A DNA stretch of 40,855 nucleotides from Longimicrobiaceae bacterium (GTDB lineage: Bacteria > Gemmatimonadota > Gemmatimonadetes > Longimicrobiales > Longimicrobiaceae). Positions 26,443 through 35,100 of the stretch are shown here, in pieces. The DNA lies in contig JBPCIT010000265.1 in the NCBI GenBank assembly GCA_051006015.1, positions 1 through 40,855 of the forward strand. The letters run 5' to 3'. Numbering within the stretch: position 1 is the first letter of the stretch; every line of letters begins with the position of its first letter. Both the position numbers and the translations under genes were made by a program. The notes beneath the pieces are model-generated. The model worked only from the letters and a program-made list of their open reading frames with translations, had not been told where the DNA came from and searched no databases.

Positions 26443-28401
26443 TTACGCGAGCTGCGCCATCTCGCTCTCCACCCGCTCCCACTCCTCCATACGCTGCTCG
26501 ACCATCTCCTGCAGCCGCGCTCGCTCAGCCGTCAATGCCGCCACCTGGTCGGGCGCGGTCGCCTCGAAGTAGCCTGGTTCGGAGAAGAGCCTGTCGATCT
26601 CGGCGATCCGTGCCTCGGCCACCTCGATCGCCGCCGTGAGTTCGTCGCGGCGCCTCTCGAGACCATTCCGGCGGGCGGCACCGTTAGCCTTCACGGCTCC
26701 CCGGCCCTGGGGAGCGGCAGGTCGCTTTCCGTTCTCCGGCGGCTCCTGCTTCTTGCCCTTCCTGTCCTCCCGGCGAGCCTTGAGGACCACGGTGTCGGCA
26801 TCGAGGTGGTCGTCGCCGCAGGCGTGGACGTACTCCTCGTAGGTGCCGTGATAGTCGCGGATCCCGTCGCGGCTGATCTCGACGACGCGGGTGGCGAGCT
26901 GGCTCACGAACCAGCGGTCGTGGGAGACCAGGATCAGGGTGCCCTCGTAGCTCTGCAGGCCGGCGACCAGCGCCTCGATGGACTCGAGGTCGAGGTGGTT
27001 GGTGGGCTCGTCAAGCACCAGCAGGTTGGGCTGCTCCATCGCCAGGCGGCTGAAGACGAGCCGGGCGGCCTCCCCTCCGGAGAGAGCGCTCAGGCGCTTC
27101 TCGCCGTCGTCGCCGGAGAATAGCATCATACCCAGCTGCCCCCGCACGAAGCCACGATCCTTGCCGGGGCAGAACTCCCAGAGCCACTGCTCCGCCGTGC
27201 GGTCGAGGCCCTCGAGCTGCTCGTGGTGGTCCTGCGCGAAGTAGCCGGGCCGGGCCTCGTAGCCCCACTCGACCTCGCCGTCATCCGCCTGCAGCTCGCC
27301 GATCACGATCTTGAGCAGCGTGGACTTGCCGATGCCGTTCGGCCCCATGATGACCAGCCGCTCGCCACGGTTGACCTGGAGGTCCACGCCGTGGAGCACC
27401 TCGTTCTCCCCGAATGCCTTCTTGAGACGGGTGATCTTCAGCACCTCCCGGCCGCTCGGCCGGCGCTGCACGAAGCGGAACTTCGGGTAGCGGCGCGAGC
27501 TGCCGGGCAGCTCCTCGAGCTCGTCCGCCTTCTTCTCTATCATCCGCAGCTTGCTCTGCGCCTGCCGCGCCTTGCTCGCCTTCGCCTTGAAGCGGTCCAC
27601 GAACTTCTGGTGGTGGGCGATCTCCTTCTGTCGCCCCTCGATCTCCTTCTCCCGCCGCTGGCGGTCCTCCCGCTTCTGCTCCAGAAAGGCCGCGTAGTTG
27701 CCCTTGTAGAGGGTGACGGTCTGGTAATCCACGTCCAAAATGCTCGTGGCGACGTTGTCGAGGAAGCGGTGATCGTGGGAGATGACCACCACCGGGCCGG
27801 CGAAGTCCTGGAGGAACTTCTCCAGCCAGCGGATGGAGAGGATGTCGAGGTGGTTCGTGGGCTCGTCCAGCAGCAGGACGTCCGGGGTGCTCGCCAGGAC
27901 CTGGGCGAGGAGCACCCGCAGCTTGAAGCCGCCGGAGAGGGTGGAGAGCGGCTGGCGGTGCACCTCCGCGGGCAGGCCAAGGCCCTCTAGGATGGTCGCG
28001 GCGCGAGCCTCGGCCGTGTAGCCGTCCAGCCGTTGCACCGTCTCCTCGAGCTCGGAGAATCGGTCCGCGTCGAAGTGCTCGTGCGCCCGGGCGAGAAGCG
28101 CCTCCTTCTGGACGAGGGCTCGCCAGAGCTCGGGGTTGCCCATCAGGGTTACGCCCAGGACCTCCTCGTCTTCATAGAGGAACTGATCCTGACGCAGCAC
28201 CCCCAGCCGCAGCGACTTCGGGAGCGAGACGCTACCCTCAGTGGCCTCGGCCTCGCCACTCAGAATGTTGAGCAGCGTGGTCTTGCCGGACCCGTTGGCC
28301 CCGACCAGCCCGTAGCGCTCGCCGGGGTTGAGCTGAAACGATGCGTCGGCGAACAGAGTGCGGTCGCCGAACTCCTTTGCGAGATTGGAAAGAGAGATCA
28401 T
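26443..28401 (-). CDS. ABC-F family ATPase (two tandem ABC domains, no TMD; Uup/EttA-like) with a C-terminal coiled-coil tail.
   Basis: 652-aa ORF. Two Walker A sites (GANGSGKTT, GPNGIGKST), two LSGG signatures, a linker between them, and a charged C-terminal helical extension. Confidence 0.9.
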   Translation of the reverse strand: MISLSNLAKEFGDRTLFADASFQLNPGERYGLVGANGSGKTTLLNILSGEAEATEGSVSLPKSLRLGVLRQDQFLYEDEEVLGVTLMGNPELWRALVQKEALLARAHEHFDADRFSELEETVQRLDGYTAEARAATILEGLGLPAEVHRQPLSTLSGGFKLRVLLAQVLASTPDVLLLDEPTNHLDILSIRWLEKFLQDFAGPVVVISHDHRFLDNVATSILDVDYQTVTLYKGNYAAFLEQKREDRQRREKEIEGRQKEIAHHQKFVDRFKAKASKARQAQSKLRMIEKKADELEELPGSSRRYPKFRFVQRRPSGREVLKITRLKKAFGENEVLHGVDLQVNRGERLVIMGPNGIGKSTLLKIVIGELQADDGEVEWGYEARPGYFAQDHHEQLEGLDRTAEQWLWEFCPGKDRGFVRGQLGMMLFSGDDGEKRLSALSGGEAARLVFSRLAMEQPNLLVLDEPTNHLDLESIEALVAGLQSYEGTLILVSHDRWFVSQLATRVVEISRDGIRDYHGTYEEYVHACGDDHLDADTVVLKARREDRKGKKQEPPENGKRPAAPQGRGAVKANGAARRNGLERRRDELTAAIEVAEARIAEIDRLFSEPGYFEATAPDQVAALTAERARLQEMVEQRMEEWERVESEMAQLA

Positions 28402-28605
28402 GGAAGGAATTTAACCAATCACCGGCCTCGTGTCCCCCCCTGTGCTGGGCATCTGCTTCGCGGTGCGGCGGATCGCTACGGTGGATTCGCCCGACATCCC
28501 GATCGCCATTCTCGCGCGTCACGTGGGCCGTTGTGCCTCGAAAATGGCGCGGGAGTTGCCGCCTGCCCCCACTCCACAACCCGCAGCTCCACCACGGTAG
28601 CGACG

Positions 28606-28971
28606 ATGACTCCCAGGACGATTCTGCTGATCGAGGGCCACGGGGACACACGCGAGGTGTACGGGGAGATCCTCCGCCGCGCCGGCTACCGCGTCCTGGC
28701 AGCGAAGGATGGAGGCGAGGGCGTACGACTGGCGCGCGAGCATCTGCCGGACCTGGTCGTGACCGATCTCGCGCTGCCCGTCGTGGATGGCTGGCATGTG
28801 ACGGGATTGCTCAAACAGCACGCTCCAACGGCGCACATCCCGGTGATCGCCATCACGGCGAACACGCAGAACTTCTACCGCGGCCGCGCCGAGGCTGTGG
28901 GGTGCGACGCGTTCCTGGAGAAGCCCTGCCCGCCCGCTCTCCTGCTCGAAACCATCGAGCGCCTGCTGTAG
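28606..28971 (+). CDS. single-domain CheY-like response regulator receiver.
   Basis: 121 aa from the ATG at 28606 (MTPRTILLIEGHGD...). Conserved acidic pocket, phospho-acceptor D in VVTDLALP, T/K in later loops. The 312-aa track ORF is an upstream artefact. Confidence 0.85.
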   Translation: MTPRTILLIEGHGDTREVYGEILRRAGYRVLAAKDGGEGVRLAREHLPDLVVTDLALPVVDGWHVTGLLKQHAPTAHIPVIAITANTQNFYRGRAEAVGCDAFLEKPCPPALLLETIERLL

Positions 28972-28978
28972 GGGAGGA

Positions 28979-29400
28979 CTACCTCGATCCGGCTTCCGCC
29001 GAGTCCTCCTCCTCGGGCTTCGGCAGGAAGAAGCGGAAGGTGGTCCCCACGCCGGCTCGCTCTCGAACTCCACGCGGCTGCCGAGCTGCTGGACCGCATC
29101 CTGTGCGATCGAGAAGCCCAGTCCCAAGCCCTCTGCGACGTCGGGGTGAGCACGGAAGAACCGATCGAGGATTCGCCCCTGATGCTCAGGCTCGGTCCCG
29201 AGCCGGTTGTCGCTCACCGATGCCCACCAGCCGCCTCCCGCCTCCTGCTCGAACGCGATCCGCACCCGGCGCACGGGCTTGCCGCGGTCGCAGTACTTGG
29301 CCGCGTTGCTGATCAGGTTGAGGAGGACGATCTCGACCCGGGCCGCGCCCGGTTTCGCTCAGGGCCCGGATCTCCCCGCCGAGCATGTGCACCAGGCGCC
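28979..29400 (-). pseudogene. histidine kinase remnant. It comprises a HATPase_c catalytic domain with a 1-bp frameshift near its C-terminus, preceded by a duplicated ~30-aa G2-box fragment. The DHp / H-box region is absent.
   Basis: Minus-strand reading [11 protein letters not shown] (N-box), VSDNRLG (G1), ILDRFFRAH, GLGLGFSIAQ (G2), VEFESEP. One missing G in CCGGG would restore ...EPGVGTTFRFFLPKPEEEDSAEAGSR-stop at 28979. Upstream lies an isolated [27 protein letters not shown] segment in another frame. Confidence 0.6.
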
Positions 29401-29429
29401 GCGCGATCCCCAGCCCGAGGCCGGTCGCT

Positions 29430-29603
29430 ACGGGTCAGCTGCTATGGCAGACGAAGCTTCCTTACGCCGGCTATGCCACACCGAGCGTATACCGGGTCGA
29501 TGGCAAGCAGTACGTGGTAATCGCCGCCGGTGGCGGAAAGCTGGAGACGCCCTCGGGGGGTGTCTACGTCGCGTTCGCACTTCCGGATGCCCAGCCGCGA
29601 TAG
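29430..29603 (+). pseudogene. C-terminal fragment (last about 57 aa) of a PQQ-dependent dehydrogenase (quinoprotein beta-propeller); the rest of the gene is absent.
   Basis: [56 protein letters not shown]-stop matches the terminal blade of quinoprotein glucose/alcohol dehydrogenases. Upstream sequence is unrelated. Confidence 0.5.
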
Positions 29604-29738
29604 CAGCGCTGCAGCACGCAGGCGTCTATTGGCTCGCAGCGCGTCTCTCATTGTCGAGGTTCCCTCCCCGCGCGCGCTTAAGACTGCATCCCCACCATGT
29701 GGCACTCCCATTCGGCAGGCAAACAGCACGCAGATGCA

Positions 29739-30350
29739 TTACACTGCGGGCGAGGTGAGTTGGCCGATGATGCCCCGAATGGCCGCGTGGTACTCCGTGA
29801 TGTCGAAGTGACCGGGATCGACCAGTGCTTGCACCGCGCACCCGTTGATGAGGCTCACCGCAACCGCGGCAAGGCCGTCCGGATTGACTTCGCCAACTGC
29901 TGCGGACTCGGACCGAAGAACCTCTTCGGCCACGGCGCGGAGCGCCGAGCGGTAGCGCTCGAGCGCGGCGCTGATATTCTTCCCGATGGCCGGGTCCCGC
30001 GTGCCCAGCGTTCAGTACTCGAAGAACAGCGGGGTCCTGTGCGGCTCGTGAGAAAGGCGGTCCATCTCCGGCAGCAGGAGCGAGCGCAGCCGATCCGCGG
30101 GTTGGCGGCTCTGTGCTACATCGTCGGGGATGTGCAGGGTGAGAGTGGTCGCCAGCACCCAGTCGAGCAGGGCTCGCACCAGCTGGTCCTTGGTCTTGAA
30201 GTGGAAGTGCACCAGACCGTGGCTCACCCGCGCTTCGGCCGCAATCGACCGCACCGTCAACCCACCGACCCCCACCCGTGAGGCCACGTCAAAAGCAGCC
30301 TTCAGGAGCTGCTGACGACGCTCTTCCTCGGACGCTTTCTTTCCCGGCAT
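29739..30350 (-). pseudogene. TetR-family transcriptional regulator interrupted by an in-frame TGA (30012-30014), probably TGG(Trp) to TGA.
   Basis: N-terminal HTH (LTVRSIAAEARVSHGLVHFHFKTKDQLV) in the 112-aa ORF. The same frame continues after the TGA into the 64-aa ORF (FFEY-stop-TLGTRDPAIGKN...). Combined length of 204 aa is typical for TetR. AGGAGAGGAG upstream of the ATG. Confidence 0.75.
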
Positions 30351-30460
30351 CTAGATTCTCCTCTCCTTCTCCTCGGGTTCCGGTGATCGGCATTCCGCAC
30401 GCGACTCGCGGCTACGTCCCGCCGCGAAGGCGGGCGCGCCTTCCACCTGGCTGCGGCCGT

Positions 30461-30485
30461 CGGTCATCATTGACCGTATGGTCAA
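30461..30485. promoter_or_regulatory. operator-like overlapping palindromes CGGTCA-TCAT-TGACC-GTAT-GGTCAA in the divergent TetR / small-membrane-protein intergenic region.
   Basis: Perfect 6-bp arms TTGACC...GGTCAA (30470-30485) and CGGTCA...TGACCG (30461-30476). The same half-sites recur at 35557-35604. Confidence 0.5.
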
Positions 30486-30603
30486 TATAGGCTATACTTC
30501 ATTCGCCACCTGGTCAACACCTGCCCACCTGGCCCCTATCCCAGCAGTAGGACGCCCTCTGCGGCGCTCTCCGCCGCACCTGCGCTCCTGCGAAGGAGGC
30601 GTG

Positions 30604-30873
30604 ATGTTGTCATTTATCGGTTCCGCAATCGCGGCCGGCGCTGTGGTCTCACTCGGCGGCGTCAACCTCGACGCCGTGCTCGTGTACGGCCTCGTGGCGT
30701 TCGTGATCGGGCTGATCACGTGGAGCAAGTACAACGAGCCGGCCCTCTCGAACCCCTATCCGGAAAAGCGAACCGGCCACGATCTGTCGGAGATGGCCGG
30801 GAACAAGGAGGTCGGACCGCTCGTGGCGATCCCGGTGGTGGTTGAGGAGGTGCCGAATCGCAAGCGGCCGTAA
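30604..30873 (+). CDS. small membrane protein (two predicted TM helices), hypothetical; divergent from the TetR gene.
   Basis: 89 aa from the ATG at 30604 (MLSFIGSAIAAGAVVSLGG...LVYGLVAFVIGLITW), with AGGAGG 5 nt upstream. The longer track ORF starts inside the operator palindrome (ATGGTCAAT) and is probably an artefact. Confidence 0.5.
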   Translation: MLSFIGSAIAAGAVVSLGGVNLDAVLVYGLVAFVIGLITWSKYNEPALSNPYPEKRTGHDLSEMAGNKEVGPLVAIPVVVEEVPNRKRP

Positions 30874-30981
30874 GCGAGGGTTCTGAGTTACAACATGGCT
30901 TTGCCGCAGAGCCAGCTCCTCGCCGGCTCGGAGTGGGCATCGGGAGTGCACCACTACGCACCATAGACCTGGAGACAATCC

Positions 30982-31347
30982 GTGCTACCCTTTCGAACCA
31001 AGACGGCGCTTCGCATTGAGGACTTCCAGGTTCGGCTGACGGACCGCCCCGGATGGGTGTGGGGAACCGCACGCTTGCCCCAACAGGGGGAGGAGATCTT
31101 CTGTGCAGCCGGGATGGGGACGGTAACGGCATTGCACGGCAAGACGGGGGATGGCAGCCGACTCGTACAGATCGGGCTCGAAAACGCGGTGAGGCGTCCG
31201 TTCTTCGCGGCCGCATCCAACGTACTACTCGCACCGCTGAGCAACGTCATACCTGAGGATGTGCGATCCGGTGGGGAGGTCCCGCCAGCCACGACAGAGC
31301 CCACGGTGTGGCTCGGCGAGACGGCGGGCACGGCATACATCCGGTGA
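30982..31347 (+). CDS. hypothetical protein (lower GC3 than neighbours); doubtful.
   Basis: 121-aa ORF with GTG start and GGAGA upstream. GC3 is about 75% versus about 90% in flanking genes. No motifs. Confidence 0.25.
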   Translation: MLPFRTKTALRIEDFQVRLTDRPGWVWGTARLPQQGEEIFCAAGMGTVTALHGKTGDGSRLVQIGLENAVRRPFFAAASNVLLAPLSNVIPEDVRSGGEVPPATTEPTVWLGETAGTAYIR

Positions 31348-31437
31348 ACCCTTCGGCCACGGATCCCTCATGCCTATGAGGAGCGGCGTCGAGCCGCACC
31401 TGTCCGCCTCCATCCACTTCGCACCCGGGAATCGAAC

Positions 31438-31614
31438 ATGAAGCAAGCATCTGGGAACCGTCAGCCGAAGTACGGGGACCGCACCGGTACGGTGTGCCCT
31501 GTATGCGGCGATGCCGTGCTGCAGCAGGAGAAATTCGGAAAAGCCGGTACCCTCAGCGGTCACCGACTCGTGTGCAGCAAGCGCGGCTGCCCCTGGCAGG
31601 GTCAGGTTCGGTAG
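31438..31614 (+). CDS. small zinc-ribbon protein (58 aa, C-P-x-C-G ... C-x5-C), below the ORF-track length cutoff.
   Basis: ATG 31438 ... TAG 31612-31614: MKQASGNRQPKYGDRTGTVCPVCGDAVLQQEKFGKAGTLSGHRLVCSKRGCPWQGQVR. Four Cys in ribbon spacing. Weak RBS. Confidence 0.35.
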   Translation: MKQASGNRQPKYGDRTGTVCPVCGDAVLQQEKFGKAGTLSGHRLVCSKRGCPWQGQVR

Positions 31615-31821
31615 CCGGGCGAGTGAATACCAGAAGCGGTTATTCCGGCCCACCTGGACTCGCCCGTCCACGCTCACCTCCCCCGCCGTACGCCCGACCT
31701 TACTGGGCTCGAGCAAGGGGATCGCGTACAGCCGTCTCCCATCGGTACTGAACCGAGTACTCCGGCCAGACGTCCGGAAGTTGGCCGCCACGGGCACGTC
31801 TGCAGCGGTCGTGGGGAACCG

Positions 31822-32091
31822 CTACACGATGGTGTTGAGTGCGGTCCGAACACGGTGGCGCTCCGCTTCCGCCCAGACGACATGGTCCTCGATGCGGTTC
31901 AGCGTGCCGGTGGTGTCATGGGCCATCTCGCCGGGATCTGAGCCGGGGCCGTCGTTGAACGCATCCACGAACGCGGTCAGCGCGGCCATATACTCCGCGG
32001 CGGTCGTGCGCGCCTCCGGCTGGTGGGCCGCCACCTGCCGCTCGAACTGGAGCCGGAGCGTTTCTATCGTTGCCTTTTCTGCGTCGAACAT
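31822..32091 (-). CDS. small hypothetical protein (89 aa).
   Basis: ORF with GGGAGA 4 nt upstream of the ATG and high GC3. No recognisable domain. Confidence 0.45.
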   Translation of the reverse strand: MFDAEKATIETLRLQFERQVAAHQPEARTTAAEYMAALTAFVDAFNDGPGSDPGEMAHDTTGTLNRIEDHVVWAEAERHRVRTALNTIV

Positions 32092-32159
32092 CGTGTCTCC
32101 CTGATAGGGTTAGGAACGCTGTCTACGTGTTGGTCGATGTGCGACCGATGCCCGGTGCG

Positions 32160-35100
32160 TTACGGTTGCTTCCTACGACGCGGCAGCCAGACGCGGAAGG
32201 TGCTCCCCCGGCCGAGCTCACTCTCGACCTCGACGTCGCCGCCGAGCAGCCGGCTGAACTCCCGGGCTGCCGCAAGCCCGATCCCCATGCCGCCGAATGC
32301 GCGGGTCGTGGCGTTGTCGGCCCGCCAGAATCGCTCGAAGATGTGGGCCTGGTCCTCGGGCGCGATTCCGATGCCCGTATCGCGGACCTCGAAGACAACC
32401 CGCTCCCCCTCCGCTCGTACCTCCAAATTGATCTCTCCGCGCTCAGTATACCTGACGGCGTTGCCGCACAGGTTGACGAGGATCTGGCGGGCCTTGTCGG
32501 CATCCATATCCAGCTCGACGGCCTCGTCTGGAAGGCTCAGGACCAGCGCGAGATCCTTTGCCTCCGCACTGGGCTCGACCAGCACCTTTGCCTCGCGCGC
32601 GATCATTCTCGCGTCCACCTTCTCGTACCGCACCGTCTCGCAACCCTCGTCCAGCTTTGCGAAGGTGAGGATCTCGTCGATCATGGAGGCGAGATGCCAG
32701 CCGCACACCTTGATCCGCTCGATCTTTTCCACCTGCGGTGTCGTGAGCGGCCCATCGAGGTCGAGTAGCTCGGAATAGCCGAGCATCGCAGTGAGCGGGG
32801 TACGGAATTCGTGCGACATCGTCGCCAGAAAGCTCCCCTTGAGCAGGTTCGCCGATTCGGCCGCGATCTTCGCCTCCCGCAGCTCCTCCTGGACCCGCCG
32901 TCGCGCGGTGTTGTCGACGAAGGTGAGCACGGCGCCATCGATCTCGCCCTCGGCGTAACGGTACGGGTTGATGCGGAGGATGTACCACTCGCCGGCGTCG
33001 CTCGACACCTCACGCTCGATCCGCTCCTGCGAGGTGAGCACGCTCTGCGCATCGGCGACCAGGTCGGGGTAGTCGAGCCGGTGGGTGATGTGGGCGAGCG
33101 GACGGCCCTGGTCCGTGGCGACGAAGTTGAAGAGCGTCGCGACCGACGGGGTGAACCGCCGGATCCGCATCGCGCGGTCGAGAAAGATGGTGCCGATCTC
33201 CGTGGATTCGATCAGGTTCTGGAGATCGGCGTTCGTCCGCTTCAGCTCCTCGATCGAGCTCTGGTGCTCCTGGTTGATGGTGGTGAGCTCCTCGTTGATG
33301 GACTGGATCTCCTCGCGGCTGGTCTCCAGCTCCTCGGCCGCCGCCTTCTGCTCCTCGTTGACCGACAGCAGCTCCTGGTTGGCCGACTGGAGCTCCTCCA
33401 CCGTCCGATCGCGCGCCGCGATAGTGGATTCGAGCTGCTCCTCGATCCGACGCAGCTCCTCCTCCGGGCGGGCGACCGCTCGCGGGGGGGGGGGATCCTG
33501 CAGCGCCTCTCCCTCGGCCGCCGGCTCGGTCTCAAGCAGCGCCTCTTCCTCGAAGAGGACCAGGGCGAACCTACCCGCTCTCTCGTCTCCTACCGGTGGG
33601 TTCACCCGCAGGCATAGCGGGGCACCGCCGTTGAGGCGGAGGTGGCGGGTGGTCGGCAGCCCCTTCGCAAAGGCCTGGTAGAGCGCCGTGCGCAGCTCCA
33701 TTCGCAGCTCGGGCGGGGCCAGGTCCATCAGGTCGTGGCTCGGCTCGCCCTCCGCCAGGTGCAGGTAGTCGCCGGCCCGGCCGGAGAGGTGGACCACCTC
33801 GAGCCGCTCGTCCACGACCAGGCTCGCCGGCGCGTAATGCTCGAGCATCCGCAGATGGACCGGCCCGTACGCGAACCGGTGCGGGCGGGACATCTCGATG
33901 GCATCCGCCGGTCGGCCGCCGGGCCGGGAAGGCGGATCCGCGGCCGAGAGCCGCGGCAGGACCCGGTGCGGGGTGGCGTTGCGGCGGTAGATCCGCGACG
34001 CCCGCGCGACGGGCACGAAGCGCCCGCTCTCCCCCGCCGACTCCGCCGAGCCGAGGAAGAGCAGCCCCTGCGACCGCAGCGCATAGTGGAAGGTCGCGAT
34101 CGCCTGTTCCTGAGCCGCCGGCTGGAGGTAGATGAGCAGGTTCCGGCAGCTGATCAGGTCGAGCCGCGAGAAGGGTGGGTCGTGCAACACGTTGTGGACG
34201 GCGAAGAGCACTCCCTCGCGCAGCGGCTTCTTGATCCGGTAGCCTCCCGCCTCCTGGGTGAAGTAGCGGCGGAGCCGCTCGGGCGGGATCTCCGCCACGG
34301 CAGAGGCCGGGTAGATGGCCGCGCGGCCCCGCGCGTAGCCCTTCTCGTCGATGTCGGTGGCGAAGATCTGGATCTGCGGCGGGTGCTCCAGGGTGGCCGC
34401 GTGCTCGTTCGACAGGATGGCGATCGAGTAGGCCTCCTCGCCCGTGGCGCACCCCACCACCCAGACACGCACCGCGTCATCCGGTCCCTTGCCCTCGAAG
34501 AGCGCAGGAATCGCCTCCGCCAGCGCGCTGAACGCCTCCGGATCCCGGAAAAAGGAGCTCACCGAGATCAGCAGGTCCCGCACGAGCGCCCGGGCCTCGG
34601 TCTCACTCGCCCGCAGCATCGGCAGATAGTCCTCGAGGGTCGCCGCACCATTGAAGCGCAGCCGCCGCTCGAGCCGGCGCAGGATGGTGGAGGGCTTGTA
34701 CAGGCTGAAGTCGTGGCCGGTCTTGCCACGCAGTACGGCGAAGATCTGGGCCAGCTGCGCCTGGGTGTCCCCGGGAGGCGAGTCGACCTCGAGGGGCGAC
34801 GGCATCCGCCGGAGGCGAAGCAACTCGGCGGGGACCCGCGCCGACGGTAGCACCAGGTCGATCTGCCCGGTCGCGATCGCGCTCTCCGGCATCCCGTCGT
34901 ACTCGGCTTCGTCCGGCGACTGGGCGACCGTGATGCCACCGCACTCCTTGATGTGCCGGGTCCCCGACGCGCCGTCGCTGCCGGTGCCGGAGAGCACAAC
35001 GCCGACCGCATCCGGTCCGCACGCCTCGGCGAGTGTGCGGAAGAAAAGGTCGATGGGCGAATGCTGCGGTCCGTCGCCGCGCTCCTGCAGGCGGAGGGTC

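Noticed and set aside
28033-28971. 312-aa ORF containing the response regulator
   Set aside because: Only the last 121 aa (from the ATG at 28606) are receiver-like. The upstream portion is antisense to the ABC-F gene start and is not coding.
29697-30281. 194-aa plus-strand ORF
   Set aside because: Antisense to the TetR gene, whose HTH and C-terminal ligand domain are clearly encoded on the minus strand.
31340-31450. tRNA-like T-loop signature (GGGAATCGAAC, reverse complement GTTCGATTCCC) near 31425
   Set aside because: No complementary acceptor stem or D/anticodon arms could be folded around it on either strand. The sequence lies at the start of the small zinc-ribbon ORF.
31225-31797. 190-aa minus-strand ORF
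   Set aside because: Overlaps the better-supported small zinc-ribbon ORF on the opposite strand. Its composition (Arg/Pro/Gly-rich) and lack of an RBS suggest an antisense artefact.
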